Source: Bacteroidales bacterium
GTDB taxonomy: Bacteria; Bacteroidota; Bacteroidia; Bacteroidales; GCA-2748055
Direction of reading: 5' to 3'
Assembly: GCA_016936975.1 (NCBI GenBank)
Contig: JAFGWU010000005.1
Span: forward strand, 18,327-82,326
DNA length: 64,000 nt
Below are positions 51,719 through 60,962 of this stretch, piece after piece. Each line of letters begins with the position of its first letter. Within the stretch, counting starts at the first letter, position 1. The position numbers were made by a program, and so were the translations under genes. The notes beneath the pieces were generated by a model. That model was not told the origin of the DNA. It made no database searches and worked only from the letters and a program-made list of their open reading frames with translations.

Positions 51719-54308
51719 GGGCCCTGTCGATTCCTTCTGGTTCTTTGCCTCCGGCTGTGGCGAAAAAGGGCTGACCGCCCCCCCCGCCTTTAATCTCCCC
51801 GGAGATCCTCCTTATAATCTCGGAAGCGTTTAAATCGTAATCAGTAATGAGATTTTCTGAGATCATCAGGGCCAGGTGCGCCTTGCCCCCGATACCGGCC
51901 CCAAGCAGAAGGTAAAGATTCGGGTGCTCGCTTTTCAGCTGGAACGCGAGATCTTTAAGCTCTCCCGGGTTGTCCACATTGACCTTCCCGGATATAACCT
52001 GAACGTTCTGAACCGTCCTGATGCTCCCGCTCAGCTTTTTTTTCAGCATGAACAGTGCATTCCTGCGGAAGGATTCCACCTGCTTCCATAGATCCTCGTT
52101 CTCCTTCAGTTTCTCTTTTACCGCCTGGACCAGGTCATGCTGTTTTTCAAATTCAGTAGCAATTTCGCTGATGATCTTTATCTGACTCTCAACATATGCT
52201 TCAGCCGCATCTCCCGTAACGGCTTCGATTCTACGGATACCGGCAGCGATGGCCGACTCCCTGAGAATCCTGAAATAACCGATCTGCCCGGTGGCCTTCA
52301 CATGGGTTCCCCCGCATAACTCAACAGAATCGTCAAAACGGATGACCCTGACCATCTCTCCGTATTTCTCCCCGAACAGGGCAATGGCTCCCATTTTTTG
52401 TGCTTCGGAAATCGGAATGGCGCGCTTCTCATCAACCGCAATATTTTCACGGATCAGACGGTTCACAAGCTGGTTGATCCGGTCGATCTCCTCCCCGGTC
52501 AGCTTTTTGAAATGGGAGAAGTCAAACCGTAATCCGTCGGGTCTGACCAGTGATCCTTTCTGCTCCACATGCTTTCCCAGAACTTCCCTGAGGGCAAAGT
52601 GCAGAAGATGGGTGGCCGTATGGTTATTCGCCGTCCGAATCCGATCCTGTTCGTTGACGATGGCCGTAAAAGGGGCTGAGGGATTTTCAGGCAGTGTTTC
52701 GGCAATATGGATGATCAAATCATTTTCCTTCCTGGTATCCAGGATCGGGATGGATTCGGATGCATTTTGTATCATCCCGTTGTCGCCCACCTGTCCGCCG
52801 CTTTCGGCATAGAAGGGAGTGCGGTTGAATACAAGATGATAGGCGGCTTTTTTTCGTGAGACGACCCTTCTGTACCGGGTGATGCGGACTTCGGCAGAGA
52901 GCCGGTCATATCCGATGAACTCCTCCTCCGCATCATCTGTCAGGACGATCCAGTCGCCGGTATCTACCTCGGCGGCCTGCTTTGACCGGTTTTTCTGGGC
53001 CTGCATCTCCTGCTCAAAGGCGGTGCGATCGACAACCAGCCCTCTTTCCTTAACAATCAGCTCGGTGAGGTCGAGCGGAAAGCCATAGGTATCGTAGAGT
53101 TCAAAAGCGTTCTTCCCGCTTATAGTCCCGGATTTGTCCTGTCGTGACTTTTCAATCATCTGATCCAGCAACCGGATGCCTGTCTCCAGGGTGTTCAGGA
53201 ACGATGCTTCCTCTTCCCTGATGACGCTGGTAATAATACCCTGCTGGCTTTTAAGTTCTGTAAAATAGCTACCCATGACCCCGATGAGGGAGGGAACCAG
53301 CCTGTAGATAAAGGGCTCTTTCTGGTTGAGGCAGGTAAATGCATACCGCACGGCGCGCCTCAATATCCTCCGGATCACATAGCCAGCCTTGTTGTTGGAA
53401 GGGACCTGCCCGTCAGCAACAGAGAAGGCGATGGCCCGGAGATGGTCAGCCACGACCCGCATGGCGGTGTCGGTGACGGGATCCTCCCCGTATTTCTTGC
53501 CTGTAATGTCAGCGATGGCATCAATGATCGGTATGAAGATATCGGTATCATAGTTGGAATATTTTCCCTGCACCGCCATGCATAACCTTTCAAAACCCAA
53601 TCCCGTGTCCACATGTTTTTGCGGAAGGGGGGCCAGAGAGCCGTCCGATTTCCGGTTAAACTGGATAAAGACCAGGTTCCAGAGTTCAATCACCAGGGGG
53701 TGGCCCTTGTTAATCAGTTCCTGTGCGGGCAAGCTGGACCGTTCCGGGTCGGGTCTCAAATCAATATGGATCTCCGAGCATGGTCCGCAGGGACCGGTTT
53801 CCCCCATTTCCCAGAAATTATCTTTTTTTGAGCCTTTCAGAATCCGGCTGCTTTCAAGATGGGCTCCCCAGAAATCAAACGACTCCCCGTCCATCAGGAG
53901 CCGCTCCCCTTCATCCCCCTCAAAGATGGTGGCATAGAGCCTGCTTTTTTCCAGACCAAGGACCCCGGTAAGAAATTCCCATGCCCAGTCAATGGCCTCC
54001 TTCTTGAAAAAATCGCCGAAAGACCAGTTTCCGAGCATCTCAAACATGGTGTGATGATAGGTATCGTGACCAACCTCTTCAAGGTCGTTGTGTTTTCCTG
54101 TAACCCGCAGACATTTCTGAGTATTGGCCACCCGCGGATACTGTGCCTTACTGTTTCCCAGGAATATATCCTTGAACTGATTCATGCCTGCATTGGTGAA
54201 CATCAGGGTCGGATCGTTCTTGATAACCATCGGGGCGGATTGCATTATATGGTGCTCCTTATTTTTGAAAAAATTCAGGAAGGATTCTCTGATTTCCCGG
54301 GACGTCAT
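51678..54308 (-). CDS. alaS: Alanine--tRNA ligase
   Basis: 876 aa with FTNAGMNQFK, HHTMFEMLGNWSFGDFFK, HTATHLLH, CGGTH and a C-terminal DHHA1-like region. Confidence 0.95.
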   Translation of the reverse strand: MTSREIRESFLNFFKNKEHHIMQSAPMVIKNDPTLMFTNAGMNQFKDIFLGNSKAQYPRVANTQKCLRVTGKHNDLEEVGHDTYHHTMFEMLGNWSFGDFFKKEAIDWAWEFLTGVLGLEKSRLYATIFEGDEGERLLMDGESFDFWGAHLESSRILKGSKKDNFWEMGETGPCGPCSEIHIDLRPDPERSSLPAQELINKGHPLVIELWNLVFIQFNRKSDGSLAPLPQKHVDTGLGFERLCMAVQGKYSNYDTDIFIPIIDAIADITGKKYGEDPVTDTAMRVVADHLRAIAFSVADGQVPSNNKAGYVIRRILRRAVRYAFTCLNQKEPFIYRLVPSLIGVMGSYFTELKSQQGIITSVIREEEASFLNTLETGIRLLDQMIEKSRQDKSGTISGKNAFELYDTYGFPLDLTELIVKERGLVVDRTAFEQEMQAQKNRSKQAAEVDTGDWIVLTDDAEEEFIGYDRLSAEVRITRYRRVVSRKKAAYHLVFNRTPFYAESGGQVGDNGMIQNASESIPILDTRKENDLIIHIAETLPENPSAPFTAIVNEQDRIRTANNHTATHLLHFALREVLGKHVEQKGSLVRPDGLRFDFSHFKKLTGEEIDRINQLVNRLIRENIAVDEKRAIPISEAQKMGAIALFGEKYGEMVRVIRFDDSVELCGGTHVKATGQIGYFRILRESAIAAGIRRIEAVTGDAAEAYVESQIKIISEIATEFEKQHDLVQAVKEKLKENEDLWKQVESFRRNALFMLKKKLSGSIRTVQNVQVISGKVNVDNPGELKDLAFQLKSEHPNLYLLLGAGIGGKAHLALMISENLITDYDLNASEIIRRISGEIKGGGGGQPFFATAGGKEPEGIDRALNLGIRILEERLS

Positions 54309-54468
54309 ATTGTAAAATACTGTTTTATAAATCTATAATGCAACCTTACGGCATAAGTTCCGTAAAACTTACCTGAAAAAAGGATGTCTCCTGTTACAGA
54401 ATAGCAAAAATAATTTTTTTGACTAATATTTTGGAGATTAAGTGTCATTTTTTATTTTTAGCATCTGA

Positions 54469-55470
54469 ATGGTGAACATGTTTTGTAAAAAATATCATTT
54501 TAATCCCGAAACGCTTCGTTTTGAGCAGGTTAAATTAAACTCAAAACAGAAGTTCCGTTTGTTCTTATCGCTGACCTGCGGAGTAGTTCTCCTCGCAACC
54601 GGCCTCAGAGCAGGATTTGAAAAGCATTTTTCCACTCCGAAGGAAATAATTTATTCAAAAGAAAATCTGCAATTGAGGGAAGCCTATACGGCGCTCAACA
54701 ATAAGCTCTATATTGTGGAGAACCAGCTTTCAGAACTCAAGAACAGGGATGACCGGCTTTACCGGTCGATTCTCGAACTGGATCCGGTTCCGTCCTCTAT
54801 CAGGGAAGGAGGTACAGGGGGGGCGCCGAGGTATATCGATATCAGGAACATTACCGATCCTGAACTGATTCTCGACATTTTCAGGAAGATGGACAAGATC
54901 TCCACCAGGGTCCAGATTCAGTCCAGTTCGCTTGAAGATCTTTATTCCAGGGCCCTGGAAACAGAAAAACTGCTCGCATGCAAACCCTCCATCCAGCCCA
55001 TTTCTCCGGCCGACCATTTCTGGATGACTTCTGCATATGGATACCGGCTGGATCCTTTCACCAAAAAAAGATGCTGGCACCTGGGCATTGACCTGGCGGG
55101 TCCGTATGGTCTGCATATTCATGCAACAGGAGATGGAGTGGTACAAACCGCCGCCTATAACCGTCACGGATATGGTAAAGAGGTGGTAATCGATCACGGA
55201 TTTGGATATACAACCCGCTATGCCCACCTGAAAGAGATGTATGTTAAACCGGGTGAGAAAGTGTACCGCGGACAGACCATAGGGGAGCTCGGAAGCACGG
55301 GACGGTCGACAGGCCCCCATCTGCATTATGAGGTGCATTATATGAACAGAACAGTCAATCCCATGTTATATTTCTACGAGAATTTAACCTCGTCGGAATA
55401 CAGTGAACTGGCCCTTCACGCCAGTGAAAAAGTGGGAACGGTGCATTCCTACGCCCTCAGCAAAAAATAG
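54469..55470 (+). CDS. M23 (LytM-type) metallopeptidase, membrane-anchored, paralog 1
   Basis: N-terminal TM (FRLFLSLTCGVVLLATGL), coiled-coil, catalytic HLGIDLAG (HxxxD) and GPHLHYEVH (HxH). The alternative start ATG 54478 aligns better with the paralogs. Confidence 0.85.
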   Translation: MVNMFCKKYHFNPETLRFEQVKLNSKQKFRLFLSLTCGVVLLATGLRAGFEKHFSTPKEIIYSKENLQLREAYTALNNKLYIVENQLSELKNRDDRLYRSILELDPVPSSIREGGTGGAPRYIDIRNITDPELILDIFRKMDKISTRVQIQSSSLEDLYSRALETEKLLACKPSIQPISPADHFWMTSAYGYRLDPFTKKRCWHLGIDLAGPYGLHIHATGDGVVQTAAYNRHGYGKEVVIDHGFGYTTRYAHLKEMYVKPGEKVYRGQTIGELGSTGRSTGPHLHYEVHYMNRTVNPMLYFYENLTSSEYSELALHASEKVGTVHSYALSKK

Positions 55471-55543
55471 AATCCTCCCGCAGACCCGGCATTATCCCCG
55501 GTTATCCTCTTTTTTTATTATTTTAGCCTGAAATTCTGAATCG

Positions 55544-56503
55544 GTGAACTCAAAGTATCGGTTTAACGACGATCACATCCATTTTGATAAGGTCAGGTCC
55601 AACTGGGGAGTAAAGTTCTGGAGGGGGCTCATTTATGTCGTTGCACTGGTTACCGCCGCCATCCTGTTAAATGGTTTATATTCCTTTTTTTTCGATAGTC
55701 CCCGGGAAAGGCAGGTAAAGCGGGAGAACGAACTTCTGAGGGAGCAGTATGCCATCCTGGAACAGAGGAAGAGTACCATTGATACGGTTTTGCATCATGT
55801 TCGACAAACGGACAAAGACATTTACCGTGTCATCTTCGAGACCGAACCCATAGAAAGGGACTCCATGCGGGCCTTGATGGATCCTTTCAAACTACTGATG
55901 AACAAGACCAATGAGCAGATTGTATCCGAAACGGCCTTTCGCCTGGACACGGTTCTCGCCCGGGCAGGTATGAAGAATCTCAGTTATGACATGACCCGGG
56001 TCCTGGGGGAGTCCAGGAGAGAAATGCTTCCTTTTATTCCCGCCATCCAGCCGGTTGAGAATCAGGACCTCACCCGGACCGCATCGGGATTTGGTTACCG
56101 AATGCATCCGATTTATGAAATCCGAAAAATGCATACGGGGATGGATTTTACCGCGCCTATCGGAACCCCCGTTTACGCCACCGCCGATGGTGTGGTTGAA
56201 ACGGCCGTCCGTTCAGTCAGAGGGATGGGGAACCGGATCATCATTAATCACGGCTATGGATATAAGACCCTTTACGCCTATATGGACGATTTGTTGGTCA
56301 GGGAGGGGACCCGGGTTAAAAGGGGGGATGTCATCGGAACGGTTGGCAATACAGGGCTCTCAACCGCCCCCCATCTTCATTACGAGGTCCACCTCAAGGG
56401 AAAACCGGTCAATCCGGTGAATTATTATTTCCTTGAATTGACCCCCGAGCAGTACAACCAGATGATCATGATATCTATAAATTCGGGACAGTCTTTTGAT
56501 TAA
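55544..56503 (+). CDS. M23 (LytM-type) metallopeptidase, paralog 2
   Basis: GTG start, TM segment (LIYVVALVTAAILL), HTGMDFTA and APHLHYEVH. Confidence 0.85.
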   Translation: MNSKYRFNDDHIHFDKVRSNWGVKFWRGLIYVVALVTAAILLNGLYSFFFDSPRERQVKRENELLREQYAILEQRKSTIDTVLHHVRQTDKDIYRVIFETEPIERDSMRALMDPFKLLMNKTNEQIVSETAFRLDTVLARAGMKNLSYDMTRVLGESRREMLPFIPAIQPVENQDLTRTASGFGYRMHPIYEIRKMHTGMDFTAPIGTPVYATADGVVETAVRSVRGMGNRIIINHGYGYKTLYAYMDDLLVREGTRVKRGDVIGTVGNTGLSTAPHLHYEVHLKGKPVNPVNYYFLELTPEQYNQMIMISINSGQSFD

Positions 56504-56531
56504 ATACGGATTTTTGTATATTGCATCCCGT

Positions 56532-57503
56532 ATGGAGATATTCTTCTATAGCCCTGAAACGTTACAGTACAAGAAAGTAGAAACCACCCGGAAACAAAAA
56601 TTTTTCCGGTTTCTCTCCTTTACCGTTCCGTTACTCTTCCTGTTTGTTGCATTCTTCTTTATTAGTGAATACAATCTGAATACACCCAGGCTGAACCGGC
56701 TAATGGAAGAGCAGGAGCAGCTGGCCTCGAATCTCTCCCTGATCAACCAGAGCATTCTGAGGTCCGAATCGATCCTGGATGGGATTGCCTTTAACGATGA
56801 CCATATTTACAGGGTTTTTTTCGAGGTTGCTCCCTGGCCCGCTTCAATGAGGGAAGCCGGTGCGGGAGGAAGCAATGATTACCAGGACCTTCTGAACTTC
56901 CGCTTTTCCGATATTGCGGTAAACACCCATCGAAATATTGATAATCTGTCAAGAAAACTCCTGATGCAAACCAGGTCGTTTGAAGAGATTATCAGCCTGG
57001 CCAGGAACAAGGAGGCGTTCATCTCTTCCCGTCCTGCCATCCAGCCTGTCAGCATTAAGGATCTGACCCGTTTCGGATCGGCTTTCGGCATGCGGATGCA
57101 TCCGATTCTGAAAGTGATGAGGCCGCATAATGGAATAGACCTGACTGCCCCCTTGGGGACCAGGATCTATGCTACCGCTGACGGAATTGTGGTTTCGGCG
57201 GGGTATACCACCGGGGGGTTCGGAAGAAGAATTGTAATCGACCATGGATTCGGGTATGAAACGCTCTATGGTCATTGCCATGAAATACTGGTAAACAAAG
57301 GAGATACAGTGAAACGGGGGGAGGTGATTGGCTATGTCGGGAATACCGGTCTATCCCTTGCTCCGCATCTTCATTACGAGGTTCATGTGAACGGCAGGCC
57401 CGTTAATCCAATCAATTATTATGCAAACGATCTTTCGGCAGAGGAGTATGAAAAAATGATCACCCTGTTGTCCGATGCCGATCCCTCTTTTGATATTAAT
57501 TAA
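56532..57503 (+). CDS. M23 (LytM-type) metallopeptidase, paralog 3
   Basis: Start at ATG 56532 (MEIFFYSPETLQYKKVE), which aligns with the N-termini of paralogs 1 and 2. HNGIDLTA and APHLHYEVH. Confidence 0.85.
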   Translation: MEIFFYSPETLQYKKVETTRKQKFFRFLSFTVPLLFLFVAFFFISEYNLNTPRLNRLMEEQEQLASNLSLINQSILRSESILDGIAFNDDHIYRVFFEVAPWPASMREAGAGGSNDYQDLLNFRFSDIAVNTHRNIDNLSRKLLMQTRSFEEIISLARNKEAFISSRPAIQPVSIKDLTRFGSAFGMRMHPILKVMRPHNGIDLTAPLGTRIYATADGIVVSAGYTTGGFGRRIVIDHGFGYETLYGHCHEILVNKGDTVKRGEVIGYVGNTGLSLAPHLHYEVHVNGRPVNPINYYANDLSAEEYEKMITLLSDADPSFDIN

Positions 57504-57514
57504 GACCTGATAGT

Positions 57515-58591
57515 ATGAAGCCGGTTCTGGCGGTGCTGCTGCTCATCTTTTCAATCTCCCTGCTGTCGCAAATACCTCCGCCCGATTCTTCAGTCGCATT
57601 ATCCCCCGCAGCGGATACCATCGTTATCATAGGAACCGGTGATATCATGCTGGGGACCAATTATCCGGACACGGCCTACCTGCCTCCGGGTGGCAGCTGC
57701 GTACCTCTCCTGGAAGAGGTCGCTCCCTTGCTGAGATCTGCCGATGTCACCTTCGGGAACCTGGAAGGGGTTTTCTGTGCAGAGGGGGGAACCCCGAAAA
57801 AATGCAGGGACACCCTGAACTGTTACGTGTTCAGAATGCCCGATGAATACATTACCTGCATTGCAGATGCAGGATTCGACGTACTGAGCGTTGCCAACAA
57901 TCATGTGAATGACTTCGGTTACGAGGGAAGGTTCTCCACGGCACGGGTCATACGGGAGGCCGGTATTGCCTTTGCCGGATTCACCGACCATCCGTATGCG
58001 CTGTTCGACAGGGCCGGACTGACCTTTGGGTTTGCAGCCTTCGCACCGCATACTGGAACCCTGGACCTGAAAGATTACCAGGGCGCCGCTGAGATTACCC
58101 GGATGCTCGATTCCATTGCGGATATTGTGCTGATCTCCTTCCACGGAGGCGCAGAGGGAAGGGATCATGAGCATGTCACCAGGGAGGATGAGGAGTTCTT
58201 CGGATACAACAGGGGCAATGTGTACCGGTTCGCCCATACGGTGATTGATGCCGGTGCAGATGTGGTCTTCGGCCACGGGCCCCATGTAACCCGTGCCATC
58301 GAACTGTATCGTGACAGGCTGATCTGCTACAGCCTGGGGAATCTCGCCACTTACAGGCGCTTTAACCTGAGTGGGCCGAATGGGATAGCACCGGTTGTGA
58401 AGGTGCGTACGACCATCGACGGAACGTTCATCGACGGGGAGATTGTTCCCGTGTATCAATCCACCGGGGGAGGAACCTTTATTGACCCCGGGAAGCGGGT
58501 CATTAAAAAACTGCAGATCCTTACGGAGATGGATTTCCCGGAACGGAACATTTCCATCGGTGATGACGGCCGGATAAGGAAACTGAATTGA
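57515..58591 (+). CDS. CapA/PGA_cap-family metallophosphatase-like protein, secreted
   Basis: Signal MKPVLAVLLLIFSISLLSQ. Motifs GTGDIMLG, FGNLEG, VANNH, SFHGGAEG, GHGPH and YSLGN. Lies 12 nt after the third M23 gene. Confidence 0.75.
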   Translation: MKPVLAVLLLIFSISLLSQIPPPDSSVALSPAADTIVIIGTGDIMLGTNYPDTAYLPPGGSCVPLLEEVAPLLRSADVTFGNLEGVFCAEGGTPKKCRDTLNCYVFRMPDEYITCIADAGFDVLSVANNHVNDFGYEGRFSTARVIREAGIAFAGFTDHPYALFDRAGLTFGFAAFAPHTGTLDLKDYQGAAEITRMLDSIADIVLISFHGGAEGRDHEHVTREDEEFFGYNRGNVYRFAHTVIDAGADVVFGHGPHVTRAIELYRDRLICYSLGNLATYRRFNLSGPNGIAPVVKVRTTIDGTFIDGEIVPVYQSTGGGTFIDPGKRVIKKLQILTEMDFPERNISIGDDGRIRKLN

Positions 58592-58730
58592 TGGCCATAA
58601 CCGGTTCTCAAACAGGGAGGAGGCACCGTTAAGGTGGACGCAAAGGGATTTTTGCACTCTTTGTGACCGAAAGATTGATTCCTTCCCTGATTTTTTTTAA
58701 ATTGGTTGTTCATTTGCAATTCGTTCCACG

Positions 58731-59066
58731 ATGCCTTACAAGGAGAAAAAAATCGAGAAGTTGTATTATTCGATCGGTGAAGTCGCAAAAATGTTCAACG
58801 TGAATACCTCTTTGATACGATTCTGGGAAAAGGAGTTCGATATCATCAAGCCAAAAAAGAACAAAAAGGGGAACCGGATGTTTACGCAGACCGACATCGA
58901 TAATTTCCACATTATTTATCACCTGGTAAAAGAAAAGGGAATGACCCTCAGGGGCGCAAAAAAGAAATTACGGGAGAACAGGGAGGAAACCGAACATAAT
59001 TTCGAAATCATCCAGACCCTTGAATCCATTAAAGAGATGTTGCTCGAGGTAAAGGAGAACATCTGA
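58731..59066 (+). CDS. MerR-family transcriptional regulator (short, DNA-binding domain plus coiled-coil only)
   Basis: 111 aa with the HTH YYSIGEVAKMFNVNTSLIRFWEKEF. Confidence 0.8.
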   Translation: MPYKEKKIEKLYYSIGEVAKMFNVNTSLIRFWEKEFDIIKPKKNKKGNRMFTQTDIDNFHIIYHLVKEKGMTLRGAKKKLRENREETEHNFEIIQTLESIKEMLLEVKENI

Positions 59067-59099
59067 TGATGCACTGATAATCAAATCCCCCGGATATTT

Positions 59100-60194
59100 A
59101 TGAAAGTAAATGATGTTACAGGCTACCTTGAAGGACTGGCCCCTTTATCCATTCAGGAATCATATGACAATTCAGGGCTCCAGGTCGGGGAACCCGGTAT
59201 GGAGGTCAGAGGCATCCTGATATCCCTGGATGTGACAGAGGAGGTTGTGGATGAGGCCTTCCGGTGTAAATGCAATCTGATAGTGGCGCATCACCCGCTC
59301 ATCTTTAAGGCCCTGAAGAGCATTACAGGGAGAGGGAGCACGGAGCGGACCATTCTCTCGGCTGTCCGTAACGGGATTGCCGTTTATGCCGGCCACACCA
59401 ATTTCGATTCAATTGATCAGGGGGTTAATAAATACATGGCGGAGAAAATGGGCCTGCACAACCTCCGCATCCTGGAGCCGGCAGGGGAGATGCTGCGCAA
59501 GCTGGTCGTATTTGTGCCGGAAAAGTATGCAGACCGGGTGAGGAAGGCGATGTTTGAGGCAGGAGCCGGTGAAATCGGGGGGTACGACAGCTGTAGCTTT
59601 AATTCCGGGGGTGAAGGAACCTTCAGGGGATCGGAAAATACCAGTCCGTTTGCCGGAGAACCCGGGGTATTACATCATGAGAAAGAGATCCGCATTGAAA
59701 CGATCGTTCCGTCAACAGCCACTGGCCGCGTGGTCAGGGAGATGATAAAAGCCCATCCCTACGAGGAGGTAGCCTATGATATTTATCCGCTGGAAAACCT
59801 GCATCCGAAAATCGGAACGGGTATGATCGGGGAACTCAAACAACCCATGGATGAACATGATTTTCTGGACCGGGTGAAAGAGGCTTATAAAACAGGATGC
59901 ATCCGGCACACCAGTCTGATCGGCAAGGCAATCCGGACGGTGGCGGTATGCGGGGGGAGCGGAAGCTTTTTAATGCAGAAGGCCATGGCTGCCGGTGCGG
60001 ACGCCTTCATTACTTCCGACCTGAAGTACCACCAGTTTTTTGAGGCGGAGGACAGGCTCCTCGTTCTGGATATCGGACATTATGAAAGTGAACAATTTAC
60101 AAGGGACCTGTTTTATGATTTACTTACAAAAAAATTCCCTAAATTTGCAATCCGTTTATCAGAAGTATATACAAATCCAATTAAATATTTTTAA
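59100..60194 (+). CDS. Nif3-like dinuclear metal centre protein (YbgI/GCH1 type 2 family)
   Basis: 364 aa with SYDNSGLQVG, NLIVAHHPLIF, an inserted PII-like middle domain and a C-terminal GHYESEQF. Confidence 0.8.
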   Translation: MKVNDVTGYLEGLAPLSIQESYDNSGLQVGEPGMEVRGILISLDVTEEVVDEAFRCKCNLIVAHHPLIFKALKSITGRGSTERTILSAVRNGIAVYAGHTNFDSIDQGVNKYMAEKMGLHNLRILEPAGEMLRKLVVFVPEKYADRVRKAMFEAGAGEIGGYDSCSFNSGGEGTFRGSENTSPFAGEPGVLHHEKEIRIETIVPSTATGRVVREMIKAHPYEEVAYDIYPLENLHPKIGTGMIGELKQPMDEHDFLDRVKEAYKTGCIRHTSLIGKAIRTVAVCGGSGSFLMQKAMAAGADAFITSDLKYHQFFEAEDRLLVLDIGHYESEQFTRDLFYDLLTKKFPKFAIRLSEVYTNPIKYF

Positions 60195-60197
60195 TCC

Positions 60198-60959
60198 ATG
60201 GCTAAAGATAAGACAGCTGAAGAGGTCAGGGAGATGACCGTTGAGGAAAAACTTAAGGCGCTCTACGAACTTCAGTCAGTAGATACAGCAATCGATAAAA
60301 TCAGGATCCTGCGGGGAGAGTTGCCGCTGGAGGTGCAGGATCTGGAGGATGAGATTGAAGGACTGCAAACGAGGGTTTCCAAATATGAGGAGGATATTCA
60401 CAACCTTGAAAAAGCCATTGCCGGCAAGAACCAGGAGATAAAGAATGCCCAGTCGCTGATTGTAAAGTACAGTGAACAACAGAATAATGTCAGGAACAAC
60501 CGGGAATATGATTCCCTGTCCAAGGAGATTGAATTCCAGACACTGGAGATTGAGCTCTGTGAGAAGCGGATCAAGGAGTTTAATGTTCAGATTGAAGAGA
60601 AGAAAGTAATTATTGAAGAGTCCTCAACCGTGTTGAACGAACGAAAGGCAGACCTCGAGAACAAGAAGAAGGAACTGGAGGAGATTGTATCGGAGACCCA
60701 GAAGGAAGAAGAGGTCCTTCTTAAAAAGTCGGATGAAATACAGAGCATTATCGATTCGCGGCTTCTGACCGCCTATAAAAAGATCAGGGCCAATGCCAGG
60801 AACGGCCTCGCCGTGGTCACCGTGGAACGTGATGCATGCGGCGGATGTTTCAACAAGATCCCTCCCCAGCGCCAGCTGGATATTGCTTCCAGGAAAAAAA
60901 TTATTGTCTGCGAATATTGCGGAAGAATACTGGTGGATCCCGAGCTTAAGGAGGGGTAG
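60198..60959 (+). CDS. Coiled-coil C4 zinc-ribbon protein (COG1579/DUF164-like)
   Basis: 253 aa. Long coiled-coil followed by CGGC...(x22)...CEYCGR. Lies 3 nt after the Nif3 gene. Confidence 0.7.
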   Translation: MAKDKTAEEVREMTVEEKLKALYELQSVDTAIDKIRILRGELPLEVQDLEDEIEGLQTRVSKYEEDIHNLEKAIAGKNQEIKNAQSLIVKYSEQQNNVRNNREYDSLSKEIEFQTLEIELCEKRIKEFNVQIEEKKVIIEESSTVLNERKADLENKKKELEEIVSETQKEEEVLLKKSDEIQSIIDSRLLTAYKKIRANARNGLAVVTVERDACGGCFNKIPPQRQLDIASRKKIIVCEYCGRILVDPELKEG

Positions 60960-60962
60960 ATT

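Noticed and set aside
54309-54468. A T-box or attenuator leader upstream of alaS.
   Set aside because: No specifier or T-box sequence or terminator/antiterminator pairing is visible. T-box regulation is not expected in this phylum.
57599-58657. A 352-aa ORF antisense to the first CapA-like gene.
   Set aside because: It is a shadow ORF with no start context, no motifs and a composition mirroring the sense gene. The plus-strand CapA translation has the full family motif set.
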